Shown here piece after piece: positions 1 through 10,073 of a stretch of 37,851 bases of DNA. This DNA is from Pseudooctadecabacter sp. (GTDB taxonomy: Bacteria > Pseudomonadota > Alphaproteobacteria > Rhodobacterales > Rhodobacteraceae), in the NCBI GenBank assembly GCA_020628265.1, contig JAHDFG010000001.1:1-37851 (forward strand), read 5' to 3'. Position 1 is the stretch's first letter; each line of letters opens with the position of its first letter. The notes beneath the pieces are model-generated. The model worked only from the letters and a program-made list of their open reading frames with translations. It made no database searches and had not been told where the DNA came from. A program made the position numbers and the translations under genes.

Positions 1-44
1 CCTCCCGATCTTGGTTGCACACCGAAGCCAAGATCAACTGGATG

Positions 45-77
45 CGCCTCCGGTCAGTTGATCGGAGGCGTACTTTT
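45..77 (+). terminator. Stem-loop followed by a short T-run, upstream of the alpha-glucosidase
   Basis: CGCCTCCGGTCA (45-56) pairs with TGATCGGAGGCG (59-70), followed by TACTTTT. Confidence 0.4.
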
Positions 78-101
78 CACCCCAATGACAATGAGATCGA
101 A

Positions 102-1784
102 ATGACCCAACAAGATATGCCTTGGTGGAAAACCGCGACCGGATATCAAATTTACCCCCGCAGTTTTTGTGACAGCAACGGTGACGGGATCGGGGACCTG
201 CGCGGCATCATATCAAAGCTGGATCATCTTAAGGACCTGGGCATCGGGTTCATTTGGCTTTCGCCGGTCTATGCATCGCCTATGCGGGACAACGGATATG
301 ACATTGCGGACTACCGTGACATCGCGCCTGAGTTCGGGACCATGGATGATTTTGACCGGCTGCTGGTCGAGGCGCGCGAAAGGGGCATCCGGATCGTCAT
401 GGATCTTGTCGTGAACCATTGTTCCTCAGATCACCTGTGGTTCCAGAAAGCTTGCGCTGATGCGAACTGCATCGAACACGACTATTTCTACTGGCGCGAC
501 CCTAAGCCTGATGGATCCCCGCCCGACGACCAGCGCGCCTGCTTCGGCGGGTCTGCGTGGCACTGGGTGCCGAAGGTTGGCAAGTACTGCTATTGTCATT
601 TCGGCCCGCAACAACCGGACCTGAACTGGCACAACCCGCGGCTTCGGGACGAGATTTACGACATGATGAACTGGTGGCTCGATAAGGGCATCGGCGGCTT
701 CCGGATGGATGTGATCGAACTCATTGGCAAGGACATAGACGGTCGTGAATACCATGAAGGGCCGGACATGCACCGCTTCATTCAGGAAATGCATCAGCGG
801 TGTTTGGCCGGGCGTGACATCCTGACCGTGGGGGAGACCTGGGCTGCAACACCCGACTCCGCGCTGAACTACTGCGGGAAGGATCGGAACGAGTTGAACA
901 TGGTGTTCAACTTCAACCATGTGCAAGCCGCATGGGACCCCGCGTTGGGCCGTTTCGGGCCAAATCGTTTCGATTTGCGGACCCACAAAATGATCCTCAA
1001 TGACTGGCAGCAAGCGCTGGCGGACGACGGCTGGAATTCGCTTTATCTGTCGAACCATGACCTGCCGCGTGCTGTTTCCCATTACGGCGACGACAGGCAG
1101 TATCGCGTTCGGTCCGCCAAGATGCTTGCGATAGTTCACTACCTTATGAAGGGCACGCCGTTCATCTATCAGGGTGAAGAGATCGGCATGACGAACGCGC
1201 GGTTTACCTCGCTCGATCAGTTCCGCGATATCGAGACGCTTGGCCAGCTGGAGGAACGGCTGGGTGCGGAGGGCTCCAACCGCCGGAACGAGGCAAGCGT
1301 GGCCGAGTTTCTTGCATCGGCCAATGAGAACGGGCGCGACAATGCGCGAACGCCGGTTCAGTGGAACGGATCGAAATTCGCAGGCTTCAGCGACGCTGCA
1401 AGTTGGATCGACGTCAACCTGAACCATCAGAGCATCAACGTCGAAAGAGACCGAGATGATCCTGACGGCGTGTTCGAGCTTTACCGACAAATTATTGACC
1501 TCCGCAGATCAATGGCGGTTTTTACCCAAGGAAGTTTTGAGCTTGTCCTGCCGGATCATCCGCAGGTCTTTGGCTATGTTCGTCGGTGGGGCACGCAAGA
1601 GGTTCTGGTGGCAGGAAACGTTTCTGACAAGGTGGCTGAATTCGACCTGCCTTTAGGGCTCGAATTTGGATGGTCGCCTGTGTTGACGGCCGAAGCAGGT
1701 AAGTGGGATGCGAGGCCAGAGGTTATGCCGCCCTATTTCGGCGGGGCATGGACAAGGGACATCGGGGATCAGGACCCCAGATAG
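102..1784 (+). CDS. GH13 alpha-glucosidase / oligo-1,6-glucosidase family
   Basis: WWK..YQIYPRSF.DSNGDGIGDL, DNGYD and DLVVNH motifs; catalytic GFRMDVI, GETW and NHD intact; ATG at 102 chosen over the upstream TTG of the ORF track. Confidence 0.93.
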   Translation: MTQQDMPWWKTATGYQIYPRSFCDSNGDGIGDLRGIISKLDHLKDLGIGFIWLSPVYASPMRDNGYDIADYRDIAPEFGTMDDFDRLLVEARERGIRIVMDLVVNHCSSDHLWFQKACADANCIEHDYFYWRDPKPDGSPPDDQRACFGGSAWHWVPKVGKYCYCHFGPQQPDLNWHNPRLRDEIYDMMNWWLDKGIGGFRMDVIELIGKDIDGREYHEGPDMHRFIQEMHQRCLAGRDILTVGETWAATPDSALNYCGKDRNELNMVFNFNHVQAAWDPALGRFGPNRFDLRTHKMILNDWQQALADDGWNSLYLSNHDLPRAVSHYGDDRQYRVRSAKMLAIVHYLMKGTPFIYQGEEIGMTNARFTSLDQFRDIETLGQLEERLGAEGSNRRNEASVAEFLASANENGRDNARTPVQWNGSKFAGFSDAASWIDVNLNHQSINVERDRDDPDGVFELYRQIIDLRRSMAVFTQGSFELVLPDHPQVFGYVRRWGTQEVLVAGNVSDKVAEFDLPLGLEFGWSPVLTAEAGKWDARPEVMPPYFGGAWTRDIGDQDPR

Positions 1785-1870
1785 GGGATAACGTGCAGGC
1801 CCTTGTGATCCTTTGCAAGACGTCCCTAACGTGATGCCGGTCGCCATTAGGGCGCCAACCCGGCGCACGT

Positions 1871-2965
1871 TTAGGCTGCGCTGTGGCCCCGATCACTGAG
1901 TTTTGCCGTGGCTGGCCGCTCAGCAGTTTTTGGACAGGGGGGGCGCGCTTTGGTTGAGCAGCGCTTTATCAGTTTTGGTTCACAATGTCGGCTGCACCCC
2001 GTCAGTTGGGTCTGATCTACAATCGCTTTTGCGAGGACCTCGCCTGCTTCCTGACCAATTCTCTTGGCGGGCAGGCGGACGGTCGTCAGTGCAGGCTCGA
2101 TGTCGGCACTCCCCTTAAAGTCGCCGATGCCGGCGACAGAGATGTCCTGCGGAACCTGTAGGCCTGCTGCCTTTGCGCCGTATAGCGCACCTGTCGCGAG
2201 AATGTCGTTGCCACAGATCAATGCCGTTGGGCGGTCCTTGGCCGACAGCAACTCCTGCGTGTCTCTTTTGGAGGCCGAGATGCTGTAGACGGTCGTCAGA
2301 CGCCATTCATCGGGCACGGTGACTTTGGCGTTTGCCAGCGTCTCCAAGATGCTTTGCCGTCTTGCGTGCGCTCGGTCGTTTCCTTCGGTTGGGGGGAACA
2401 TGCATGCGACCTTGGTGTGACCCAAGGCCACGATGTGTTCCGCAATCAGCTTGCCCGCCAGTTCATTGTCAGCGCCGATGCAGGGAAAGGCTGCGTTGGG
2501 CGCGTAGTTCCACATGGAAAGGCTGGGAATTTGTTGTTGCTCCAGCAGCCGGAAGACCGCTTCGTCGTGGTCAAGGCCGGTCAGGACGACGCCATCCACG
2601 CGGTGTTCCAGAAACTTTCGCAGCACAGCATACTCCCGTTGCAGGTCGTACCCGTGGGAGGCCAACAGGATCGTAAAACCGAATTCGTCGACGGTGTCCG
2701 AAAAGGCCTGAACCACCTCGGCAAAGATCGCGTTGTCCAGCGTTGGCACAAGGACCCCGATTGTACCGGACCGGATGCCATGGATCGTTTGGGCTGCGCG
2801 ATTGCGGATATATCCGGTTTTTCGGACAGCTGAATCGATCCGCTTGCGGGTTGCTGGCTTGAGTAACTCGGGATGATTGAAGTAGCGCGAAACAGTCGAG
2901 GCTGAGACCTTCGCGACCTGCGCAACCGTCGTTATATCTGCTTTTTTATAATTTTTATCAGACAT
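1871..2965 (-). CDS. LacI-family transcriptional regulator, probable regulator of the divergent tct/sau operon
   Basis: N-terminal HTH ITTVAQVAKVSASTVSRYFN; sugar-binding domain with ICGND and PALTTVR. Confidence 0.92.
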   Translation of the reverse strand: MSDKNYKKADITTVAQVAKVSASTVSRYFNHPELLKPATRKRIDSAVRKTGYIRNRAAQTIHGIRSGTIGVLVPTLDNAIFAEVVQAFSDTVDEFGFTILLASHGYDLQREYAVLRKFLEHRVDGVVLTGLDHDEAVFRLLEQQQIPSLSMWNYAPNAAFPCIGADNELAGKLIAEHIVALGHTKVACMFPPTEGNDRAHARRQSILETLANAKVTVPDEWRLTTVYSISASKRDTQELLSAKDRPTALICGNDILATGALYGAKAAGLQVPQDISVAGIGDFKGSADIEPALTTVRLPAKRIGQEAGEVLAKAIVDQTQLTGCSRHCEPKLIKRCSTKARPPCPKTAERPATAKLSDRGHSAA

Positions 2966-2989
2966 TTAACCGTCGTATTTCACGAATTT

Positions 2990-3017
2990 ATGAAAACATT
3001 TGCAAAACTATTTTCAT
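2990..3017. promoter_or_regulatory. Putative LacI-type operator(s) in the divergent promoter region
   Basis: TGAAAACATTTGCA (2991-3004) overlapping TGCAAAACTATTTTCA (3001-3016); outer inverted repeat ATGAAAA...TTTTCAT; resembles TGWAAAC-GTTTWCA LacI operators. Confidence 0.55.
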
Positions 3018-3064
3018 CCCTTAGCGTGACTGGTCAAGCCTGATTTTGGGAGGATTTGGGCGAA

Positions 3065-4594
3065 ATGGACTTCTTGTTCTACATGGGCGACGTGTTCACC
3101 CCGATCAATTTCGGGTTGCTGCTGCTTGGGACCGTTGGCGGGCTGATTTTGGGCGCGACCCCCGGTCTCTCGCCGACCATGGCCGTGGCGCTGCTTATCC
3201 CCTTCACCTTCCAGTTGGAGCCGCAACAGGGTTTGATCCTGCTTGGTGCGGCCTATACCTCCACGGTTGCCGGTGGCGCGGTAAGTGCGATCCTCCTCAA
3301 GATTCCGGGCGCGCCCGCAAACATCGCCACAACGCTTGATGGGCATACGATGGCCGCAAAAGGCGAAGGCGCGAAGGCCCTGCAATTGTCCTTTTTGGCC
3401 TCTGCCGTGGGGGGGCTTTTCGGGGTTTTCCTTTTGATCTTCCTCACACCGGTTCTGGCGCAATGGGCACTCGCGTTTGGGCCGTCCCACCTGTTCTGGC
3501 TTGCCATTCTCGGGGTCACCGTGATCGGGACACTCGATTCCAGTTCGGTGGTGAAGGGGCTGCTGTCCGGCTGCATCGGGCTGTGGCTGGCGACAATCGG
3601 TTTCGACGACATCATGGGCGCGCAGCGGTTCATCTTTCATCCGGCTGTCAGCGGCGGGATCAACGTCATTCCTGCCCTCATCGGGCTTTTCGCCATTCCG
3701 CAGGTCATCACGATGCTGACCAAGGGGCGCACCCGTTCCGGTGCCGAGGTAATTACGGTCAAACGCCACCCAATCCGCCTTGCTTTTGTAGAGGTGATCC
3801 GCCGCAAGACAGCCCTGACCATCGGGACCATCACCGGGTCCATCATCGGTTTGATCCCCGGTGTTGGCGGTCAGATTGCCGGCCTCGTGGCTTATGACCA
3901 ATCGAAGAAGTTCAGCAAGGAAAGCGAGAAGTTCGGCACGGGCCACAGCGAGGGCGTTATCGCGGCAGAAAGTGCCAACAACGCGATGGTCGGGCCGTCG
4001 CTGGTGCCGCTTCTGACCTTGTCCATTCCCGGCTCACCCACAGCGGCTGTCCTGTTGGGGGGCTTGCTTATACACGGCATCTTCCCCGGGCCTGACCTGT
4101 TCATGAACTACCCGCAGGTCGCGTGGACCTTCATCGACTCCATGCTGATTGGACAGATCCTGATGTGTATCTTTGGCCTGTACATCGCAGGACTTGCGGC
4201 AAGCGTGGCCCGCGTGCCGCATGCGGTGATGGCGGCGATTGTCTTGGGTCTGGCCGTTTTCGGCAGCTACTCGGTCCAAAACTCGATGGGCGACGTCTAT
4301 GTCATGGCCAGCCTTGGGCTCGGCATGTACTTCCTTGAGCGGTTCGGCTTTTCGGCGGCACCGCTGGTGCTGGGCCTTATCCTTGGCCCGATTGCCGAGG
4401 CGAACTTCATCCAAGGGTCGATGATCGCCAACGCGACCGTGGGGCAGGCGACCTATTTCTTCACCGGCTGGCTGAACTGGTTCCTGATCCTGATCGTTCT
4501 GGCATCCGTCAGCTATTCCATCTGGATGGAGATCGCCCAGCGTCGCTACACCACCAAGGATGACGCGGTCGCCAAAGAGGAGGCCTTGTCATGA
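3065..4594 (+). CDS. tctA: Tripartite tricarboxylate transporter large permease TctA
   Basis: GATPGLSPTMAVALL, IPGAPANIATTLDGH, AAESANNA and LSIPGSP motifs; polytopic membrane protein; GGGAGG RBS upstream. Confidence 0.92.
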   Translation: MDFLFYMGDVFTPINFGLLLLGTVGGLILGATPGLSPTMAVALLIPFTFQLEPQQGLILLGAAYTSTVAGGAVSAILLKIPGAPANIATTLDGHTMAAKGEGAKALQLSFLASAVGGLFGVFLLIFLTPVLAQWALAFGPSHLFWLAILGVTVIGTLDSSSVVKGLLSGCIGLWLATIGFDDIMGAQRFIFHPAVSGGINVIPALIGLFAIPQVITMLTKGRTRSGAEVITVKRHPIRLAFVEVIRRKTALTIGTITGSIIGLIPGVGGQIAGLVAYDQSKKFSKESEKFGTGHSEGVIAAESANNAMVGPSLVPLLTLSIPGSPTAAVLLGGLLIHGIFPGPDLFMNYPQVAWTFIDSMLIGQILMCIFGLYIAGLAASVARVPHAVMAAIVLGLAVFGSYSVQNSMGDVYVMASLGLGMYFLERFGFSAAPLVLGLILGPIAEANFIQGSMIANATVGQATYFFTGWLNWFLILIVLASVSYSIWMEIAQRRYTTKDDAVAKEEALS

Positions 4595-5055
4595 CCGATC
4601 TGCCCCGCAATCAGCATATCGTCGCCTCGGGGATCATCGCCGCTGTCGGGGTGACAGTTGCCTATATCAGCTTCACCCAAGAACCGGCGGACGCCTTTAT
4701 CTTTCCGCGCTTGATATCTTCTGTGTTCGCGGTGCTGGCCATCTGGACATTCGGCAAGGCTATTCTGGGCCGAACAAAAGTGGGCAACGGCATCAGTGGC
4801 GAGGCGATGCGCAACATGCTGCCCGGTCTCATTGTAATGGTGGTTTATATCTTCTGGGCCGCCAAAGGCTTGGGCTTTTACACGGCCACCACAATCGCCT
4901 TCTTCATCATGCTGTCGCTCTATGATCCGGCGCCGCACAACGCCCTGAAAACCTGGGCAAAACGGATCGCCATCACCGCCGGCTTCATGCTGGTGATGTA
5001 TGGGCTTTTTGCCCAGCTACTCAATGTCTTCACACCCCGTGAAGTCTTCTTCTGA
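4591..5055 (+). CDS. tctB: Tripartite tricarboxylate transporter small permease TctB
   Basis: 154 aa with 4-5 TM segments, FPR motif, ATGA overlap with tctA. Confidence 0.85.
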   Translation: MTDLPRNQHIVASGIIAAVGVTVAYISFTQEPADAFIFPRLISSVFAVLAIWTFGKAILGRTKVGNGISGEAMRNMLPGLIVMVVYIFWAAKGLGFYTATTIAFFIMLSLYDPAPHNALKTWAKRIAITAGFMLVMYGLFAQLLNVFTPREVFF

Positions 5056-5093
5056 ACCGCAATAGCGGCAGATCAAACCTTAGGGAGGATACT

Positions 5094-6062
5094 ATGAAAA
5101 AATGGATTGCAGGGGCCGCAATGGCTTTGGCGGCAATGACGGGAAGCGCCTATGCGGAAGGGCATGGCGATTACCCGGAACGGCCGATCATGTTGATGGT
5201 CAGCTATGGTGCTGGTGGTGCCACTGACTTTCAGGCCCGGATCGTGACGATGACGGCAGGCAACGAGGATGCGCTGGGCATGCCGATTGCCATCGTGAAC
5301 CGTCCGGGCGCGGGGGGGCGTGTCGGATGGAACTGGTTCGCCACCGAGGCGGACAATGATGGCTACACGCTGGGTGCCTACAACATCCCGCATTTCATCG
5401 CGCAGTCGATCGAAGGCGGCGTGTCCTATTCCACCGACGACTTTGAACCGATTGCCAACTGGGGCGCGGACCCCGCGGTCTTCGTTGTCGGGGCCGACAG
5501 CGACTTCAATTCGATGGCCGATGTTGTCGATTACGCCAAGGCGAACCCGGGCGGTCTGACGTTCTCCGGCGCGGGGCTGTTCGTGGGTCACCACATCGCG
5601 GCGCTGCAGCTTGAAAAGGCAGCGGGGGTCGAACTGGCCTATATACCGAACAACGCAGGGGGCGCAGGTGCCATGCGTGCCGTCATTGCTGGCGAAGTGC
5701 TGGGCGGCGTGAACAACCTGTCCGACGCGTTCCGGGCGCAAGCCGCAGGCAACGTCAAAATCCTTGGTGTGTTCGATCTGGAACGCAATGCGTTCCTGCC
5801 AGACGTGCCCACAATGATGGAACAGGGCTACGATATCGACAACGCCAGCGTGAACTTCCGCGGTGTCATGGTACCGAAAGGCACGCCGCAGGCCGTGATT
5901 GATCATCTGGCCGCCGTCGTTCCGACCATGTTCGAGAACGGTCGCGTGCAAAGCCGCATGGAAGCAGGCGGCTCGCCTATGCATGTCATGACCCGTGATG
6001 AAGTCCTTGAAATGTGGGCAGCGCGTCAGGAAACTCTGGAAGAGCTGCTCGCAGGTCTCTAA
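5094..6062 (+). CDS. tctC: TTT periplasmic substrate-binding protein TctC (Bug family)
   Basis: Signal peptide; YPERPIMLMVSYGAGGATD, NRPGAGG, DGYTL and PDVPT motifs. Confidence 0.92.
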   Translation: MKKWIAGAAMALAAMTGSAYAEGHGDYPERPIMLMVSYGAGGATDFQARIVTMTAGNEDALGMPIAIVNRPGAGGRVGWNWFATEADNDGYTLGAYNIPHFIAQSIEGGVSYSTDDFEPIANWGADPAVFVVGADSDFNSMADVVDYAKANPGGLTFSGAGLFVGHHIAALQLEKAAGVELAYIPNNAGGAGAMRAVIAGEVLGGVNNLSDAFRAQAAGNVKILGVFDLERNAFLPDVPTMMEQGYDIDNASVNFRGVMVPKGTPQAVIDHLAAVVPTMFENGRVQSRMEAGGSPMHVMTRDEVLEMWAARQETLEELLAGL

Positions 6063-6125
6063 TCACATGCTGTGGCGTCCGCGTTTTGCGGGCGCCATAC
6101 GTTACTCGTTCTCAAGGAAAAGCCG

Positions 6126-7526
6126 ATGGTCAACGATCCTATTCAAGAGGTCGAAGCAATAGTTGCGCGTGCTCGTGTCGCCCAGACAGCGTTTGAAAAG
6201 CAAGGCTCACAAAAGGCGTACGACCGTGCGGCACAAGCCGTTGCGTGGGCGATCATGGAGCCGGGGCGCAACCGGCACCTTGCAGAACTGGCGGTTGAGA
6301 CGACTGGCCTTGGCAATGTCCCTGACAAGATCACCAAGAACCACCGCAAGACCCTTGGTTTGATGCGCGATATAAAGGACGCCCAAACCTATGGGGTCAT
6401 CAAGGATGACCCTGCCAAGGGGATTACGGAAATTGCGCGGCCCATCGGTGTGATCGGGGCGGTTGTGCCGTCAACAAATCCGGGCGCAACACCTGCCAAC
6501 AATATCATCAATGCATTGAAATGCGGGAATGCGATTGTTGTTTCGCCGTCGCCCAAAGGCGTGCCGACGTGTGAAGCGTTGATCGGGTACATTTACGCGG
6601 AGTTCGACAAACTCGGCATAGACCGCGATCTCGTTCAAATGATCCCTGGTCGCGGGTCCAAGGAAAAAACCCAACGCCTGCTGGAAATAGCGGACCTGAT
6701 CGTTGTCACCGGCAGCCAGAATAACGTCAAACGTGCCTATACGTCCGGCACTCCGGCGCTTGCGGTCGGGGCAGGCAATGTCACGGCAATCGTTGATGAA
6801 ACCGCTGACTTGACCGCAGCGGCCGAAAAAATCAAAGCCTCAAAAACCTTTGACAATGCAACCTCTTGTTCGTCGGAGAATGCGGTCGTTGTTGTCGATG
6901 CGATCTATGACGCCTTCGTTGCAGAGATGGCCAAGACAGGCGGTGCGCTGATCACCGATGAAACCAAAGTAACAAGCAAGCTGTGGGTCAAAGGTCATCT
7001 GAATCCGAAAGCCATTGCGCAAGATGCAGACAAGATGATTGCGGCGCTCGACCTGACCGATGAGGTGCCGGAAGGCACAGCCTATCTTGCAGTCGAAACC
7101 AAGGGGATTGGTGCCGAACACCCTTTGTCCGGTGAAAAGCTGAGCCGCGTGTTGACGGTCTACCGCGCACGCGATTTTGACGAAGCCGTCGAGATCACCC
7201 ACCGCATTCAACTGCATCAGGGCGCGGGCCATTCTGTTGGCATTCACACCAGTGATCACGACAGGCCAATGGTCTTGGCCCAAGCGATCCCGACCAGCCG
7301 CATCATCGTTAATCAGGCGCATACATTTGCCACGGGCGGATCGTTCACCAACGGGATGCCGTTCTCTTTGTCCATGGGCTGCGGGTCGTGGGGCGGCAAC
7401 TCGATCGACACGAACCTGCATTGGCGGCACTTCATGCAGAGCACGAAGATCGTGCGCGAAATTCCGTCCAATGAACCCACGCTGGAAGAGATCTTCGGCG
7501 AATACTGGGAAGTGACGGGCAGATGA
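6126..7526 (+). CDS. sauS: Acylating sulfoacetaldehyde dehydrogenase
   Basis: CoA-acylating ALDH with AWAIMEP.RNR, GLGNV.DKI.KNHRKTLGL, PSTNP and SKTFDNATSCSSEN, as recalled for SauS; adjacent to an acyl-CoA ligase. Confidence 0.8.
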   Translation: MVNDPIQEVEAIVARARVAQTAFEKQGSQKAYDRAAQAVAWAIMEPGRNRHLAELAVETTGLGNVPDKITKNHRKTLGLMRDIKDAQTYGVIKDDPAKGITEIARPIGVIGAVVPSTNPGATPANNIINALKCGNAIVVSPSPKGVPTCEALIGYIYAEFDKLGIDRDLVQMIPGRGSKEKTQRLLEIADLIVVTGSQNNVKRAYTSGTPALAVGAGNVTAIVDETADLTAAAEKIKASKTFDNATSCSSENAVVVVDAIYDAFVAEMAKTGGALITDETKVTSKLWVKGHLNPKAIAQDADKMIAALDLTDEVPEGTAYLAVETKGIGAEHPLSGEKLSRVLTVYRARDFDEAVEITHRIQLHQGAGHSVGIHTSDHDRPMVLAQAIPTSRIIVNQAHTFATGGSFTNGMPFSLSMGCGSWGGNSIDTNLHWRHFMQSTKIVREIPSNEPTLEEIFGEYWEVTGR

Positions 7527-9013
7527 TCCTCGATCCGAAGACTCCGCCGCAGGGGACTGTGCGGGACTGGCTTGATGCCCGTGCGCGGTCGGATGGGGTC
7601 GCCCTCGTGTTTCCCGAGACAGACGATCAGATCACATGGGCTGAGCTGCGCAATGAGGCGCGGGCCACGGCGGAAGGATTGACCGGGCTGGGTGTGCGCA
7701 CAGGCGAGAGTGTCGCAATCGTCCACCCAAACGGGAAAGCTGGCGTTGTTGCCGTTTATGGCGCTCTTTACGGCGGCTTCCGCGCAACCATGATCAATCT
7801 TGCGGCGGGGTCAGACGCCATCGCCTATGCCTTGGATCACAGTGGCGCGCGATATGCGTTCGTGCATGACACCCAACAGCAGACAATTGCGCGGATCGCA
7901 CCTGACACCTTGTCCGTCCTGTCACCTGCGATGTTGCAATCCAAGTTACCGGTCGCGCCATTGGCCGCTGATATGGATGCGCTTTTGATGTACACCTCAG
8001 GGACAACAGGCCGCCCCAAAGGCGTCGTCCATACGCATGCAAGCCTGCTCGCGGGAGGCTGGACCACGGCTGTTGCCCATGACCTCGGCAGCGCGGATCG
8101 AGGGTTCTGCGTGCTCCCGATTTACCACATAAACGGGCTGTGCGTCACGTTGATGGCGTCTTTGGTGTCGGGCGGCTCCCTTGCAATGACATCGAGATTT
8201 TCTGCAAGCAGGTTCTGGGAGCAGGCGGATCGTGGCAAGGTCACGTGGTTTTCCGCGGTTCCGACTATCATCAGCCATCTGCTTCACAACGCTGTTGATC
8301 CGTCCATTGAGGTCAAGAAACGCCTTCGGTTCGGGCGGTCTGCATCTTCTGCATTGGCGATCGAAACACAATCTGCCTTTGAAGAGCGTTTTGGTGTTCC
8401 CATCATAGAGACCATGGGTTTGACGGAGACCGCAGCCCAGATCCTTTCAAACCCGCTGCCACCAGGAGTGCGCAAGATTGGATCACCCGGCATTGCCTAT
8501 GGGAATGAGGTTCGAATTCTCAAGGCTGATTTGGCGGATGCCGCGCCCTTTGAGGAAGGCGAAATCGCAATTCGCGGGCCAAACGTCATGAAGGAATACC
8601 TGCGCAATCCTGAAGCCACGGCCAAGACGTTGGTCGGGGGCTGGTTGCGGACAGGTGACTTGGGTCACATTGATGAAGACGGCTATGTGTTTGTGACCGG
8701 TCGTCTCAAGGAGCTGATTATCAAGGGCGGCGAGAACATCGCCCCGCGCGAAATAGACGAGGTTCTTTATTCCGAGCCGGACATCGTCGAAGCCGCTGCA
8801 TTCGCTCGGCCGTGCAAAAGCTACGGCGAAACCGTCGAGGCCGCCGTCGCCGTCAAAGCGGGGTCGGATCTATCGGAGGATGCCTTGGTCGCGCTTTGTC
8901 AGGAGCGATTGGGAAAGTTCAAGGCGCCGGACCGCATTCATTTTCTGACGGAGCTTCCCAAAGGCCCGTCTGGCAAGATCCAGCGGCTGAAGCTGGCCAC
9001 ACTCATCCAATAG
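7523..9013 (+). CDS. sauT: Sulfoacetate--CoA ligase (AMP-binding acyl-CoA synthetase)
   Basis: YTSGTTGRPKG, ETMGLTE, GWLRTGDLG and PKGPSGKIQR; ATGA-coupled to sauS; substrate inferred from context. Confidence 0.75.
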   Translation: MILDPKTPPQGTVRDWLDARARSDGVALVFPETDDQITWAELRNEARATAEGLTGLGVRTGESVAIVHPNGKAGVVAVYGALYGGFRATMINLAAGSDAIAYALDHSGARYAFVHDTQQQTIARIAPDTLSVLSPAMLQSKLPVAPLAADMDALLMYTSGTTGRPKGVVHTHASLLAGGWTTAVAHDLGSADRGFCVLPIYHINGLCVTLMASLVSGGSLAMTSRFSASRFWEQADRGKVTWFSAVPTIISHLLHNAVDPSIEVKKRLRFGRSASSALAIETQSAFEERFGVPIIETMGLTETAAQILSNPLPPGVRKIGSPGIAYGNEVRILKADLADAAPFEEGEIAIRGPNVMKEYLRNPEATAKTLVGGWLRTGDLGHIDEDGYVFVTGRLKELIIKGGENIAPREIDEVLYSEPDIVEAAAFARPCKSYGETVEAAVAVKAGSDLSEDALVALCQERLGKFKAPDRIHFLTELPKGPSGKIQRLKLATLIQ

Positions 9014-9032
9014 CATGGGGCCCTTTGTCAGT

Positions 9033-10073
9033 TCAGGCTGCGGTTTGGCCGCCTGTGATGATGTCAGAGTTCTTGTTTGCCGGGTGCGGATTGAGGCAGT
9101 CGTCGATCAGGTTCGCCCACAGCTGGGCCGGATCGGTTTGCGGGTCCTCAACTGACGTTTGCTGCGCCTTTGGGTCGTTCTGGTTACGGATGAACTGCTG
9201 CAGCGATGCTGCAAAATCGTCGGGTGTGAGGCGCGCAAGGTATTGTGCACCTAGCGCTGCATGGTCCTGAAGACCGTCGATGGGTGTGCATAGAAGGGGG
9301 CGGCGCGCCGCGGCTGCCTCAATGGCGACCAGACCGTATGCTTCCCAGCGGGACGGCATGATGACGGCATCCACACTGCTGTAAGTGCCGGTGGGGTCCG
9401 CCGAATGGCCCTTGAACACGATCCGGTCGTCCGCGCCCGCGAGCGACTTGAGCGCCTGTTCCTCAGCACCTGTACCGATGATATGCAGTCGCAGGTCCGG
9501 ATCGGGCAGCCGTCTGAACGCTTCGATCAGCATGTCGAAGCCCTTTTGCCGGTCCAGCCGACCGATTGCGCCCAAAACCTTGATGGGGCCTTTGGGGGGC
9601 TCGATTGCTTTGAACGGTGTCAGGTCGACGGCAGACTGGATCGCAACCAGCTGCCGTTCGGGGCAAAGCTGGTGTTTTTTGATCCAAGCAGCCTGCGCAT
9701 GGCTGACGGCCACAACCCGATCAAACAAGGCAAACGCGATCCGCAGCAGGCTTTTGAAACGCCGTTGGCGGGTGACGTTATGCGTCACGAAACCCTCGGT
9801 ATAGCTGTGTTCGACATGAATCAGCGGGGTGCCGGGACGGGCCGCACGCAGAGCGATCAGGGCAGGAAGGGTCCGCCAGCTGACGACGGTGTGGGACACG
9901 ATGACGTCATAGTTTCGGGGCAGCTGTCCGAAACGTCCCCGACGGACAGACAGGACCTCATGGTCAGACCCTCGGGCAAGCACGTCTGAGGTTGTCAGGT
10001 AGTCAATGACACGCATGACACCGCCAGCGGTCGTGTCGTCGACAAGATGGAGGACGCGGGGTTTGTGTGTCAT
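9033..10073 (-). CDS. GT4-family glycosyltransferase
   Basis: GT-B fold; GRLDRQKGFD and PSRWEAYGLVAIEA (EX7E). Confidence 0.88.
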   Translation of the reverse strand: MTHKPRVLHLVDDTTAGGVMRVIDYLTTSDVLARGSDHEVLSVRRGRFGQLPRNYDVIVSHTVVSWRTLPALIALRAARPGTPLIHVEHSYTEGFVTHNVTRQRRFKSLLRIAFALFDRVVAVSHAQAAWIKKHQLCPERQLVAIQSAVDLTPFKAIEPPKGPIKVLGAIGRLDRQKGFDMLIEAFRRLPDPDLRLHIIGTGAEEQALKSLAGADDRIVFKGHSADPTGTYSSVDAVIMPSRWEAYGLVAIEAAAARRPLLCTPIDGLQDHAALGAQYLARLTPDDFAASLQQFIRNQNDPKAQQTSVEDPQTDPAQLWANLIDDCLNPHPANKNSDIITGGQTAA

